From positions 1,098,430-1,162,429 of the forward strand of contig NW_015163612.1 in the NCBI RefSeq assembly GCF_001447785.1: a DNA stretch of 64,000 nt, in the 5' to 3' direction. This document shows, in pieces, positions 9,940 through 22,500 of the stretch. Every line of letters begins with the position of its first letter. Position 1 is the stretch's first letter. The notes below the pieces were generated by a model, which saw only the letters and a program-made list of their open reading frames with translations, was not told where the DNA came from and did not search any database. Source of the DNA: Gekko japonicus (taxonomy: Eukaryota). Made by a program: the position numbers and the translations under genes.

Positions 9940-10259
9940 TGTTGTGTTCTTACATAGACCACGAACATGGTCGGGTCCACACGTGGACACGTGAGTGGCC
10001 CAAGCTTCGCTTTCAAGACAATAGACAGCACGGATCCTAAAATGCACCTATCGAGCAGCCAGGATCCGAGAGTTAACCTATGGGATGTGGGGTGCACTGT
10101 AAATAATCCTATCACGGGTGTGGGTGTGTGCTTGGGTGTAGTTTAGAATGGGGATTTAAGCAGGCCTCTGGTCCTGCTCTCGTTGTCTGTATCCGAGCTG
10201 AATTACAATAAACTCATGAGCTGATTTCACTACCTCGTGTCCGAACCCAGTACATTATA
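9940..10259 (+). repeat. 3' LTR of Gypsy provirus
   Basis: Direct copy of 3940-4259, preceded by PPT GGGGGGAGGG (9929-9938) and followed by TSD CAATC. Confidence 0.95.
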
Positions 10260-10936
10260 CAATCTGCACAATACAGTTAACTGTGTGTGACACATGATAG
10301 ACCCATTTTATACTCTTGTGAGATTAAACCTATTTAATTGGTGTAGTGGAAAGTGCCGTCAAGTCACAGACAACTTACAGTGAACCCCATAGGGTTTTCA
10401 AGGCACATTCAGAGCTGGTTTGCCATTGCCTTCCTCTGTACAGTCACCCTGGACGTCCTTTAACTGATAGACTAACCAAATGAAGTGCATTAAAATGAGA
10501 AGTGTAGCAAATTTTCCTGAGTTCAAAAATCGGTAAAAAAACTCTATTTTGAAATCTATCCTGAGCTTAACATCCTTGTAAGGGAACCGTGTACTGTCTC
10601 TCCTTTCCTCTCCCCCTTTTCCTTCTACCCACCCTCCTCAGCCACACAATGTAGCAGCAGTAGGTGCTGCTACTGCAGTGCTAAGCTGGCTGTGGCAGCC
10701 AGCCAGTGAGTAAGTTGGTCAACCTCAAAATACATGCAGTGGCCCCTTTGACTTCCTTTATGCATGAGTGTGCATGAAAGCAGCAGAAGGGGCTGCTGCA
10801 TATGTTGAGATCCACGTGCATCTTACAGATCAACAGCTAGATTTCTTTTCTTGTATTGAGATGGAAGGCTGCATGGAGATATGGGAAGTGCGCATAAACC
10901 TCCTTTCCCATCAGTGGACTCCTTTGCCATGTGTAT

Positions 10937-11070
10937 ATGGGCATGATGTCCACCCCCAGAGTATTACCACAGAGTCCTGTTCCACTTGCATAGCCACATA
11001 GGTGTCTATGTGGCTATATAAGTGGAACAGGACTCTGTGGTAATGCGCTGGGGGTGGACATCACGCCCAT
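10937..11070. repeat. Long inverted repeat (65-bp arms, 4-nt loop)
   Basis: 10937-11001 is the reverse complement of 11006-11070 at 60/65 positions. Confidence 0.95.
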
Positions 11071-11795
11071 TACTAGACAGGACTGGGCCCTTAATCTCTA
11101 GAAAACCTATGGCAAAAATTCATTGCCTTGTTAAAAAATAGACTTACTGAAAATTTAAAATCTCAAATTGGTTCATGGCCAGTAACCTCTGTAAGTTATT
11201 ACATGGATCACCTGTGCTTTTCGTAATTGTAGATGCAGTACTGTGTAGCAGATTTTGTTCAGATAATTTAGCAAATATATTTCATTACTGGTTTGTAGTT
11301 CCCTGAATATCTCATGGCTGTTTTATTTCAGCCTTCCAAAACAATCCCTTTGCACAGTTTAGAAAAAAGAATCAGGAAAGACTGAGGAAAGTTTCCTGAT
11401 AGTATTTTTTGTTAATTTTTAGGACTTCTAAATATGTCCAGTAGGTGACCCATGAACAAGCAGAGGCCGAATACCACAAGTTTACAATCAATGAAGGTTC
11501 CACAAAATTTGGCAATCCTACTCATTGTTAATGAATGTGAAGCTACAGAGCAAAGATAAGATTTAAGTCATATTCATGGTTCCAACATTTAATTTTAATA
11601 TGAATCTCATAAAAAGAATTGGTCATAGTCTGTTGTGCATTATCTGTTTGTGGAGTAATTTGATGACTATTCATTGCCTGAGATCCCAATCAGAAATAAT
11701 GATGTCACTTAAGATGTATGATAATAAAATAACAAACTGTAAAATTGGCTATTTATACGTGGTTTGTTGATTTAGGCATCCACTAACAATCAATA

Positions 11796-12143
11796 GGAGA
11801 GCTGCAGTGGCTCAAGTGGTTAAGACGCTGAACTGCAGGCTGTGGAAGGTCAGTAGTTCAGCAGTTCGAGACCTGGGTGCTGCATGATGAAGTGAGCTCC
11901 CGTCTCTAGTTCCAGCTCCTGCCAACCTAGCAGTTTGAAAGCAGGAAATTGCAAGTAGATAAATAGGTACCACTTTGGTGGGAAGGTAACAGCGTTCCGT
12001 GTGCCTTGGTGTTTAGTCATGCCGGCCACATGACCACGGAAACGTCTTCGGACAGCGCTGGCTCTTCGGCTTTGAAATGGAGATGAGCACCGCAACCCTA
12101 GAGTCGGACTCGACTGGCTTTCGAGCAAGGGAACCTTTACCTT
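11796..12143 (+). mobile_element. Sauria SINE, full length
   Basis: tRNA-like head (GTGGCTCAAGTGGTTAAG), body matching the other copies, ACCTTT tail; TSD TAAC(A/C)ATCAATA. Confidence 0.9.
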
Positions 12144-13127
12144 TAACCATCAATATATCTTTAAAAATAGACAGAATAAGGCAGAGGCAGAGTAAGAGAG
12201 GGGTTTTTATCAGTGGTAGGATGACCTACCATTGCAGACACATAGTGGGAGTCAAAATGGTCCCTTGTCTCCCCAAAACTATCATGAGTGAGGATTGTGC
12301 AGGTGCCCTCACGATATCATCAAGGAAGCTCCCCAGCAACAGTATTACATTTATACATTAGTCCTGGACCTGCCAGAAGAAGGAATTGACTGAAGCTTCT
12401 CTTCAGCCAAGACAAAAGGCCCTGCAGATTTCCTTATGATAGGGCTGGCTTAGTGTCTGCGTTCAGCCACTGAGGACAAACTCTGTATCAGTCTATAATC
12501 AGTCGTTTCCCTGGAACAGTCATACAGGAGGACCCTGCAGACACTTTCATCCTGTCCCCAGCACTTTTGGGGTAGGCAACAGCCTATACATGTTTCTTCT
12601 GCCGGATGCTTCCTAGGAGCTACCAAGCATGAAGACTCTAGGGTGGTCACGGACTCCAATGCTTCCGTCAACATAATTGTTGCTGCCACCTGCCAGTCCA
12701 GGGAGTATAAGTATAGGGAGGGGTGAGGAGAAGGGCAGGGTGTGGAGAGAAGGAGATGAAGAAGAAGGGATTGATGTGCATATATGTGTGAGAAAGAGAA
12801 TGTGTGTAGCATGGTGTATGCGAGGCAGGGAGAGTGTGTATGTAATAGTTGCAGGAGTTCATGTGAGAGAATATGTATGCATGGAAGAGATGAATATGAG
12901 CATGAATGTGTCGAGGGGAATAGAGAGGGAGAAGAGCTTATCATGTAGTTAGTCCTTTACTGTGACCACTTATTGAGTATTGAGATAGTCCTATTTGAAC
13001 AATTGGTATTGAACCACAGTACCATTCATATAAACCCAGAATGTTTGAATTTCACTTTGTTTTCGGTTTCATAAAATGTCAACCATTATTGATGGATATT
13101 TAAGCAGACATGGAAGTATTTCAGAGA

Positions 13128-13133
13128 TTTATT
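13128..13133 (-). terminator. FABP7: FABP7 polyadenylation signal
   Basis: AATAAA on the minus strand ~175 nt after the stop codon. Confidence 0.7.
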
Positions 13134-13308
13134 GCAAAGTTTTACTTGTCACAATTTACATAAACACGGGTTTGCCAGTCTGATGGCATAAAACTATCAT
13201 GCTGTTTTCCTTCCATGTAAGCAATGTTCATTTCAGAGATAGTTAACTGCAGACAGCTCTTTACTCCTTCCAGAAGAATTAAAAACCCAGATAGGGTATT
13301 GTCAAATT

Positions 13309-13359
13309 CTATGCCTTTTCATAGTGGCGAACAGCAACAATATCGCCAAAGGTGAGGGT
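13309..13359 (-). CDS. FABP7: FABP7 exon 4 (coding part)
   Basis: AG acceptor 13361-13360; [16 protein letters not shown]. Confidence 0.96.
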   Translation of the reverse strand, partial: TLTFGDIVAVRHYEKA

Positions 13360-16300
13360 CTGCAAGTTCAAGAAGAAATCGAATAATTAGGATACATATG
13401 AGCCATTGGACATGACACAAAGCTCTGTATAGATTAGACAGATTATACAGTGCTTCAACAAGAAACTGCTGCAGAATTTTGCTTCTGTTGCACAATCTGG
13501 CATGGGCTACAGAATTTATGCAGTATCATGTCAGTCGCGGAAGTCTGTCAACACAGCAATGGCTATTAGCAGAGACTGCCCCACTATCTACCATTTTCAG
13601 CTTTCATTGTACATAAAATTGAAATTTTCATATCCAGGAATGACAAGCCCTGAAGCAAGAATAAAGGTGAAGAAAGATATAACAATTTAATTGTCATGAT
13701 ATCAGTTCTTCAGGTTAGTGTGATCCTGGCTTTGCAGTTTGCCTTACTGTATACCAGCAAACTGAGTACTAGTCCAGCCATCAGTCTTGCCCTTTTCTTG
13801 TGTTTTGTAAATATTTTAAAGAGGAATATATAGAATGATGTGCATAAGGAACTTACTTTTTCCTTATGAAATGCAAGGTTTTTTTAAAAAAAATGCTCTG
13901 GGGATTGGGGAAGTCTATTGTTGATATCACAAGTGCTTGCCAATAGGCACACTCTACAGCCAGCTTTTCCTCAGTTTAATCTGAACCACATCACAGTATT
14001 TCCCAGAGTGTGCCTGGGGGCAGAAATAAATACATTCATACTGAATGTATTGAGGGTGTTTTTGCAACACTTCCTAATTTGTGTAATATAATTAACAAAC
14101 AATGTTTCTTTATAGCTTTCTGGTTGTGTAATTTGAAATTTTAGTTCATTATGGATAAGCAACAAAATTCATTGCAAACATATTCTCATTTGCTACTACT
14201 GTAGATTACCCACAGGTATCATAATATTCAGTGTTGGCTGTAACACATTAACAGAATAAGAGTAATATGGAGTTTTGCATATTTTAAGGACAATTGGAAA
14301 TTGGCCTGACCATGTACTATAATGACTGAAAAATGATGTGGACAGGAAAAGCTATCACCTTTAGGCCATTTTTAGTAGTGCATAATATGGCTTGGATCCA
14401 GAAGAGATTTCTATAGGTGAAAGAATTTCCATCTGCAGAACAGAATTTCCCCACCTCCCTTCTCCTGCTGCAGTTCAAAATGCCTTCCCAAATGTCACCT
14501 CTGTGGGAAATGGGATCCCTAGAAACAACACCAGGTGGGGGGTGAGTTGGTGGAAATTGCCTTTTTGTGTTTGTGGAAATCTCTCTGTTGGAACTAGGCC
14601 AATCGGCCTGTATTAAAATGACACTGAAGTATGTGGAAGCTAGGAATGAGAATTTTGTTCATAGTACATTGCATGGTTATTCCATCAGCACAGGGCATGA
14701 TGAACCAATTGTCAAGGTCTAGTGAAAGACATAGAATTCCTTGAACCAAATGAGGTTTAGATTTTGAAAGAAAATGAAAGACAAAATGTAAGCTTCATGG
14801 GAAACCCAAGGGCAGAAGGGGCAAATGAGATAAGAGAAAGACACTTTATAGATTTTTTGGGGATATGTTATGAAATCTCATCTGTTCATTCATCTGAAGT
14901 CTGAAGAAGAAAGGACGACATTGCTGCAAGAGAACCAAGTTAAGATGAAAATGCAATTGCTTTAGAGCATTCCCAAGTAAGGTGAGCCTGGGAATCAGAG
15001 ATTGCGCTTTTCCTGTTTTTCAAATTTTCATGGTTGCTCATCTTAACAGTGGAATGATGCTGTGAAACAGACTCTTTAGACACTTGTCTTTCTTAATATA
15101 GGGGAGAAAATTCTCAAAATATTTGCAACAAATCCCATATATGCATTCTGTTATCCAGCATGGGTGCATATGAAATCAAAATCAAAACAAAAGCTTTCTG
15201 CACGTACCATGACCATTTTGTCATCTTTAATTTCTCTGACAAACTTTGTTTCTTTTCCATCCCATTTCTGTACATGAACTAGTTTATCTCCATCCAGGGT
15301 CACAACAGACTGTGGGCAGAAAAGCAACAATTGAACACAAAGACGGTTTCATCTGAAATCGCAGGAAGTATCAGGAAGATTTCACAAATACCTCTTAGCA
15401 CCATCCAGCCAAATTTAGGCACTTTCAAAACCCCTTTGATTTCAGTTGGACAAGTAACAATACATCCTTGAACTGTTATTATTAAACTTATATGGTCATT
15501 GAGTGAATCTGAGCCATTTTTAATTTCAGATCCATGAACCATCTGATACATTTTAGACTGCTTGTAAACTATATACATAATTATTTTATTCTTGTATGGG
15601 TAGCTGAAATAACAAAGTATGTTTTAAACTGTTTGTATTATTAATCTCATTGTCATACTTGACCTGCTGTAGGGTGTTTCAGTTTCCATAGGGCACGATG
15701 AACTATTTGTCAAGGTCTAGTGAAAGACATAGAATTCCTTGAACCAAATGAGGTTTAGATTTTGAAAGAAAATGAGAGACAAAATGTAAGTTTTAGGGGA
15801 AACTTGGACCTGAGCCAAGGAATTTCTGGAAGGGATCTAGGACATACTATTGTAGAGGAGATTTTGGAACTCTTATGGAAATACAGTGGGCACAGAGGAG
15901 TCCATGTTTCTCCCTGCTGTTGCTGTTTCCACCACCACCTGGAAGCCTCTGGCACACTAAAAGTGCAATCCTAAACAGAATAACACTCTTCTAAATTCAT
16001 TTACTTCAAGGGTCTCAGAAGGCTGTAACTCTGCTTACCTAGATGGCTCAGGCTAGCGACTCGACGATACATTACACACACACAACCCTGCTTATAATGG
16101 CACTGCAAGGGAGCAATCCTAAGGCAAGTCTCCTCAGAAGTAAGTCCCGTGTTAGTTAATGAGGCTTACTCCCAGGGAGAGAGCTCAGTAAGAGAGCAAT
16201 TCTAAGCACTCTGTTCTGAAGTAAGTCCCATATTAATTAATGGGATTTATGCCGGGGATGGCAGGATTATTCCTTGAGCACACCGAATAATCCGAAATCG

Positions 16301-16769
16301 ACCCTTTCCTCTTTTTGTTCTCCCCCCCTTTCCCCTCTGTTTACTTAAAGCCCTCTTCAGTGACAGCAGACAAATTTTTCCCTCACTCATCCACAAACGT
16401 GTTGTCTTTTCAGTAAGACTGCTGCTGCACAGGCTGTTGCTTACTTACTTTGCAGTTTCTGTCATCTGCTGTGGTTTCATCAAATTCTTCACCAAGTTTG
16501 AAGCTGATTTCTGTGTTCTTGAACGTGCTCTGGGTCCTGATCACCACTTTGTTCTCCTCCTGACTGATGATCACCGTTGGTTTGGTAACATTCCCCACTT
16601 GGCGAGTAGCAAAGCCAACTCCTAATATATTTTTTAAAGAACAAATTATTACTGCAAATGGCTGATTTTATTAATTAATTTAGAACTACGTCTAGGCTGC
16701 CTCCCCAGAGTCCTGCTTGAGGTAGCGAACATGTATATATATATGTGTGTGTGTGTGTGTGAACATGTG

Positions 16770-16802
<33 letters not shown>

Positions 16803-18161
16803 CCTTTGACTATAAAACATGAGAAAATGATGTACCTATGCCTATTCAAACTTTGACTATAAAACATAAGAAAATGATGTACCTATGCCTATTCAAACAT
16901 CTTGTTTCATTTACGAAGAAAGATGTCACTTTATTTTATTTACATCCCACCTTTTTATGAACATGCTTAAGGCAACTAAAAGAATCAGCATTCAAAAGAA
17001 AAACGATCACAGTAAAAGTACTGTGCTCACTTTCCTGGGAGAAAATCCAGCTGAACCCAGTGGGACTTGCTTCCAGCTGCATATATAAAGAATCAGGCTG
17101 TGCCCAATTTTGTTCTTCAGTTCAGTCATCCACATGTTAACTATATACTTTTCTGATCACATGGAGATTCCCCTCCCCCATACCCCTTTTCAATACTGCT
17201 GAAGTAACTCACCAAATTGCAAGCAATGAGAGTACAGAGGCACTGGAGACGCATACCATTACTTTGCCTTCTCGGGAGACAGCTACATTTTTGCTCATTG
17301 TTGACAATTTTGTGTTATTCCTCCCACATTTGTACCTGCCTTTGTCATTGTGCCAAATATAATTTCTTTCCCACAAATACCAGGGTACAACCATTCCCAG
17401 GCACTTACAGAATTGAGCAAAGTGCTATTATTCTCTTTCAGACACCTCCTAAACACACAGAGACAGTTCTTTCTATTTTTATTATATTGGAAAACAACCT
17501 GATTTTCAATTCAGCTGAACTCCAATACTTGAATTTAAACTGATGGACGTTTCAGTCCATTTACTTTCTATGGAAAGTCTCAACAGTGCCTATGAATAAA
17601 TGAGGTTAGGATCATATTGCTATAGGCTCTATGATTCCTGGAATTATTTTCTTGGAAGAAACTCTAACTGAAATGCTGCAACCTGACCCTAAAAAACATT
17701 GACAGGTCAGTCCTAAATAGACTTACTCTGTTCTATTGATCTAAATAGAACCCATGTAAGCATTGATTAAGACCTCAGCCTTAGTTCTGAGTTACATTGT
17801 TTTCAATTAAACTTGCTTCCTAGTAAGCACGTTTAGGTTCACAACCTACTTTTGCTTAACTGTAAATGCCTTTATTTAACAGGGTTGTACGTTAGCTTAC
17901 ACAGAATTTAAATGACAAAATCTCCTTTGCAACACATGCGTTACTTAACATATTAAAATTATCCTCTTTTTACTCTCTGTTGCCAATCTGACATCAGTCA
18001 GACTAGTCAAATCGACAGAAAATCTCAAACTCAGTTGGCTAGAACTGCTAAAGAAAAATCAGGATTCTGCGCAGCGCCTTCTACGTACCCAGTGCCTTCA
18101 TGTACTCGTCAAAGTTCTGGCTGTCAGTCAGTTTCCAGGTAGCACAGAATGCCTCAACCAT
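13309..18161 (-). CDS. FABP7: Fatty acid-binding protein 7 (brain FABP/BLBP), complete 4-exon CDS, 132 aa: join(complement 18089-18161, 16449-16621, 15208-15309, 13309-13359)
   Basis: [132 protein letters not shown]; canonical FABP exon sizes 73/173/102/51; all introns GT-AG; synteny with PKIB. Confidence 0.97.
14692..14805 (+). repeat. Intronic duplication, copy 1 (FABP7 intron 3)
   Basis: Direct repeat of 15690-15803 with a 69-bp identical core (14709-14777 = 15707-15775). Confidence 0.92.
15208..15309 (-). CDS. FABP7: FABP7 exon 3
   Basis: AG 15311-15310, GT 15207-15206; [34 protein letters not shown]. Confidence 0.96.
15690..15803 (+). repeat. Intronic duplication, copy 2 (FABP7 intron 2)
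   Basis: Direct repeat of 14692-14805, offset 998 bp. Confidence 0.92.
16449..16621 (-). CDS. FABP7: FABP7 exon 2
   Basis: AG 16623-16622, GTAAG from 16448; [15 protein letters not shown]...DDRNCK. Confidence 0.97.
16727..16897 (+). repeat. Duplicated (TA)n(TG)n microsatellite block followed by a 2 x 47-bp tandem repeat in FABP7 intron 1
   Basis: GAACATG(TA)n(TG)n twice; CTTTGACTATAAAACAT(G/A)AGAAAATGATGTACCTATGCCTATTCAAA at 16804 and 16851. Confidence 0.9.
18089..18161 (-). CDS. FABP7: FABP7 exon 1 (coding part)
   Basis: ATG at 18161 in strong Kozak context (AAGATGG); [24 protein letters not shown]; GT donor 18088-18087. Confidence 0.97.
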
Positions 18162-18199
18162 CTTAGCTGCTGGGTGAACTAGGCAGCTAGAATGAAGCT

Positions 18200-18480
18200 G
18201 GGGAGGGAGAAGTGGATCCTGTTCCTTATATTGGGTTAAAGTCCTGCAGCTTCTCACCAGCACAACCTCTTCTTTAATGAGAGAAGAGGCAGGCAGTCCA
18301 GAAAAAAAATTTAACTGGCAAACTCCACCCTAGCCTTCCCATTCCTCCTTCAAGGCAAAAGTTGGTGTGTGTGTGTGTGTGTGTGAAGATTTTCACTCTG
18401 TTTGATGATTGGATCAGGCCACTGGGTCAACACAGTGGGTTGGACTAGCTACCCTACTCAGCCTGGGAAATTAGGGGAGG
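18200..18480 (-). promoter_or_regulatory. FABP7: Putative FABP7 proximal promoter
   Basis: TATA-like AATATAA (18232-18226), CCAAT (18412-18408), (GT)n tract, TGGGAA RBPJ-like core at 18464-18469; TSS not determined. Confidence 0.5.
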
Positions 18481-19329
18481 GAGAGGAACAGGCTCTTCTG
18501 TGAGTGAGGGGAATGCAAAAATGTGTGAGGGTCTTTTAGGTTCTGTGAAAACTTGGCAAGGAACATAGCAGCCTCTAAAGGATAGCCGAACAATGAGACA
18601 TTCAGATTAGTTTCCGCTGAAATTCTGTGCTGGTGACAATTTCAGAAAGACACTGAAAGTCTTATTATCTGTGTGAAAAAAATTCAAACCCAAGTATTAA
18701 CTCCTTATCTCTTAAACAAGAAAGGTATGAAAGAAAAATATAACATTCACAAATCTACCAAACAAAAGAGACAAATTAATAAAATGATATACATTAAATC
18801 TAGTTTGTGGAGATGTTTCTGGAGATTTAAAATGATTCTTCAGCATCTGACTCATTTCCACTTGCAATTTACCAGTGACATTTTAATCATCTGGACCCAT
18901 GTAAGAAAGTCTTTAAGAAATTCTACCAGGAGTTCAACAGTCCCTACACCACCCTCAGTCTGGATCCCGTCCCAAAATTATGGACTCCAATGCACAAATG
19001 AACTCTTCCAGATACCATCCAGGTCAAACTGCATATTCCATTGCCTACTGCCAAGTCTAGAAATTAAACTTCAGACAGAAACAAGCAACTAAAGAATTTA
19101 CACCAAGCATTCTGAAAATTACAGTAGCCACCTGGAGAACTGAAGAGACCGGCTGGCAAGAGTAGGCAGTTACCCAGTAGTCATCTTGTACAGAGCAGAC
19201 CCAATCAGGGAAATAACAGCATGCCACTGTCTGTCACATACAGCTCCTCGCTAATCTCTCCATCAGGTTATAAGCATTTTGCAGCCTCTTCTGGAAAATG
19301 GTCCTCTACTTACGTAATTCTTCAGGGGT

Positions 19330-19555
19330 CTCTAGCCCTTGCTTGCAAACATCCTCCCCAACCTGAATCAACTACTCACCAGCAATAATGGACCACCCTC
19401 TGAAGATACAAACCAAGAGACCAGACCCACAACAAATCCCAGTACCAACTCTATCTCCTTATCCACTCAAGTGACACTATCACAGGACTCAGCAGCATCA
19501 GCTGTATCATCAGTGGCTCATTCCCCTTGAAATCTTCTAATGTGATACATACAGT
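19330..19555 (+). mobile_element. Penelope-like element fragment (linker / start of GIY-YIG endonuclease)
   Basis: Degenerate translation PNLNQLLTSN...ETRP...HSSDTITG...ISGSF..SSNVI resembles the PLE region leading into the GIY-YIG endonuclease. Confidence 0.6.
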
Positions 19556-22500
19556 TTTATGCCCTTTTGACATTTTTGCCAGCTAAATCAGACAGTGTCT
19601 CTATAAGAGAAGGAACAAACCCAAACCAGACATTACAAAATGGTAGCACTCAGAAATGGGGGGGGGGCATTTCTCTTTAACAGCTGAGTCAGTTGGGTCT
19701 GTGGAAATCCTGATCAGGTGCCTGGAGAAGGAAATGGGATGAATGAGGGCCAAACTGAAGTGCTGTTGGTCTTTGTCCAAGGACTACAGAGTCAGCCAAG
19801 GACCTCTGTCCAAGGACTGCAGAGTCAGCCTGTCTTGGAGGGTGTTCACTCCCCCTGAAGAAGTAGGTTCATAGCTCGGAAGTGCTGCTAGATCCCGGCC
19901 TACAGCTGGAGGCTCAGGTCTCCTCTGTGGCACATCACACTTTTTATCAGCTTCAGCTGATACATCACTTCCGCAAAAAAAACCCCCAAACCTAACAATT
20001 TATCAGAATGGCCCGATTCCTGGACATTGAGATTACCTGCTCAACCCCATGATCAAAGGACCCTGTTTTTAGAGTCATGCAATCAGAGACATCAGGTCTG
20101 GTCACATTGTTCTTGAGGTTACTTTGGAACCATGGCTGAAGCCAGCTTCCATTCCAGCATCTTAGGGGGGCGGGGGGGGCAGAGAATACATATCCCACAA
20201 ATCAGGAAGGGGTGTCCATTCTTATTTTCACACCTAACCTCAAATACAGGCCACTGTGCACAGATTTCTAGATCTCTTAAAAAGGTGTGAAGCGCTCCCC
20301 CCTGCACCATCTTTGTCTGCCATTTTTGAATTAATGCGTAGGGGGAACAAAGCACCTGTCCTCAGTTCTGATATGCTGTTGCGGAGAGCTCATCAAGGTA
20401 GAAAGTGATCTTAATCAGAGAATAACTGAGAGCTCACTGCAGGGCAGGAAGGAGGGATGTATGACTGCACAGAAAACCACTCAATGAACAACAATTACAG
20501 GTTAGTGCAACCATATTTTCATTGTGATGGGCAGCGTGCAGTCCCACGTGGGGGAATAGTGAGCTAACTTACCCTCTTGAGGAAGGTGCGTATGATGCTC
20601 TCAATGAAAGAATGATTGTTAACACCTCGTTTCCAATTTCTTTCGTCACAGCATCAACCTCCATGGTATAATGCTTCACAAAGGTCAGACTTGGAGGATC
20701 ACATGGCTGCACTGCACACTGCTTCAAGGGCTAGACCTGCCTTCACTGCTGCTGAAGAAGCTTGTACCTGGTGGAATGTGCATGCACCTGTATTGGGCAA
20801 GGAACCTTGGACAGCTCATAGCAGAGCTTGCTTAGAGACACAGTCCAAGGAGAAATAGATCAAGAGGGGACTTTGTCCCCTTTGTATTCAGATCTGTTTG
20901 TAAATGACCCACTCCAAATCCTGTTTGCTTAACCATCTGGCCTTGTGCAATTCCTTGAACTCAGAGAAATTCCAGAAGTCTCCACAATATCTTGACACTG
21001 GCTGTGTGTACTCCTGAAATATTGGAAGGGAAAAGCATTTTAATGAAGAGAGAGAAACACAGGTTATTACTCTGATCCAAAGAATGTAATCAATGAATTT
21101 ATGGATTGTTTTAACTGATGGAGCCATTGGGTTTAGAAAGGTGTAACTCTGTTTAGAACTGCACTGTGACCAGAGCTCATCTGGCCAATGCAACCGGGGC
21201 CTTTGTAACATCGAGGCTGAATGACTGCAATGCACACGACATTGGGCTGTCTTTGAAGACAGTTCATAAACCTTGGTTTGCTTATTGCACAGAACGGGCC
21301 CAACCAGATAGGTGACTTCGTTGGGTGCCCAGGGTGCCAGCTTCTGAGGAGTGCCCAAAAGGCTGGGCCCCTGCTGAGATGCTTCTCCTGCTCAGGCTGC
21401 TATGCAGTCAAAGGCTCCAGGCCAAGTCACACTGCCTCCCTCACTCTTTGGCTTTGCCAGTATTCTCTGAGCCTTGTGGCAATACCGATAAGTTGAGCAC
21501 AGGGGCCCATGCAGTCATTCCCTGTTTCTCCCTTGTAGTTTCCGTGAATGGAAGTGCAGGAGTCCAGAATGGACATACACCTCTTTCCTCAGACCAACAA
21601 AAAGCGGCAGCTCTTGGCCAGCGTTGTGTTCCTGGGAGCATTTGGAGTTGCGGCGCCCATGGGTCTAGTCCAGCCTGGCTCTTTATTGGCCCACCCAACC
21701 TTTGCCTGACCCTGTGCTGCCCCTCCCCAAAGGACTGTGCCATGCACAGAGGATGGAGTGTGTGGTTTGTAGGAACATAGTGCTTGGCTGTGCGGAGGGA
21801 GCCTCAAGTGAGCTGGGAGCAGGCCCTTAGCTACAGTGGGGCATCTCGGGGCTCGGCCCCATGACTTACCATCAACTTCCCATTCAGCCCAGGTGCTCCC
21901 TTGGGGGTGGGTGTGTGTGGGGTGCCCCCTGACTTATTTAAAGGCCCCCTGAATTCAAAAAATTCCTGGCTACGGGCCTGGCTGGGAGCATATTGAAGTG
22001 GAAGGGTTGGCTAGAGGCTGCAGGGGAACTGTCAGGGAGGGGAGAAGGGAGAGAGGCAGGCATGGCACGTTGTCAGTAGACCCGGGCATCTAGGCTGGAG
22101 GCACCTGGCACTGGAGCCAGAACCTGGCAGTCCGTGGCACTGAGGCTGCAGCCTGAGTCCTGGTGAGGAAGGCTGGTGGTGAAAGGGACCCAGGGTTGCC
22201 AAGAAGAAAGCTGGGGCACAGAGGCAGAATGCCAGGCAGAGAGTCTGGCGGCATGGAGACTCCTGCTGCTCCCTTCCCTCTCCTGCCACTGAGTGCGAGA
22301 CTGCCTGCCTGCCTCCCTTTGGGGGATTTTTTTTTAATTCTTGCCCTGCACAGCCTTTCATACCACAGGGGTAGCCAGGTTAGTCTGATGCAACCAAAAA
22401 AAAAAGTCCAGTGGCATCTTAAAGACTAACACATTTATTCCCAGATCACTTTTTGTCACTCAGAGTTGCCACCTGATCTGACTCACAACAGCTTAATGCT

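Larger units (their letters stand above)
3940..10259 (+). mobile_element. Decayed Ty3/Gypsy LTR retrotransposon with both LTRs (Mag/K02A2.6-like, gag-PR-RT-RH-IN), an internal deletion and two nested insertions
   Basis: 320-bp direct LTRs at 3940-4259 and 9940-10259; 5-bp TSD CAATC (3935-3939 / 10260-10264); PBS at 4261; polypurine tract 9929-9938; RT, RNase H and integrase motifs in Gypsy order. Confidence 0.97.

Noticed and set aside
11850-12128. Recurrent ORF MLESQS(N/S)PTLGLRCSSPFQSRR... (also at 2632 and 56278) suggesting a gene family
   Set aside because: Antisense reading of Sauria SINE copies, with non-ATG starts.
14696-14900. C/D snoRNA in FABP7 intron (ATGATGA box C-like)
   Set aside because: On the strand opposite FABP7, no terminal stem, and the duplicate copy lacks the box.
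20888-21060. Strong minus-strand splice acceptor followed by ~40 open codons upstream of FABP7
   Set aside because: No recognisable protein, no convincing donor or partner exon, and an adjacent L2 fragment; cannot support an exon call.
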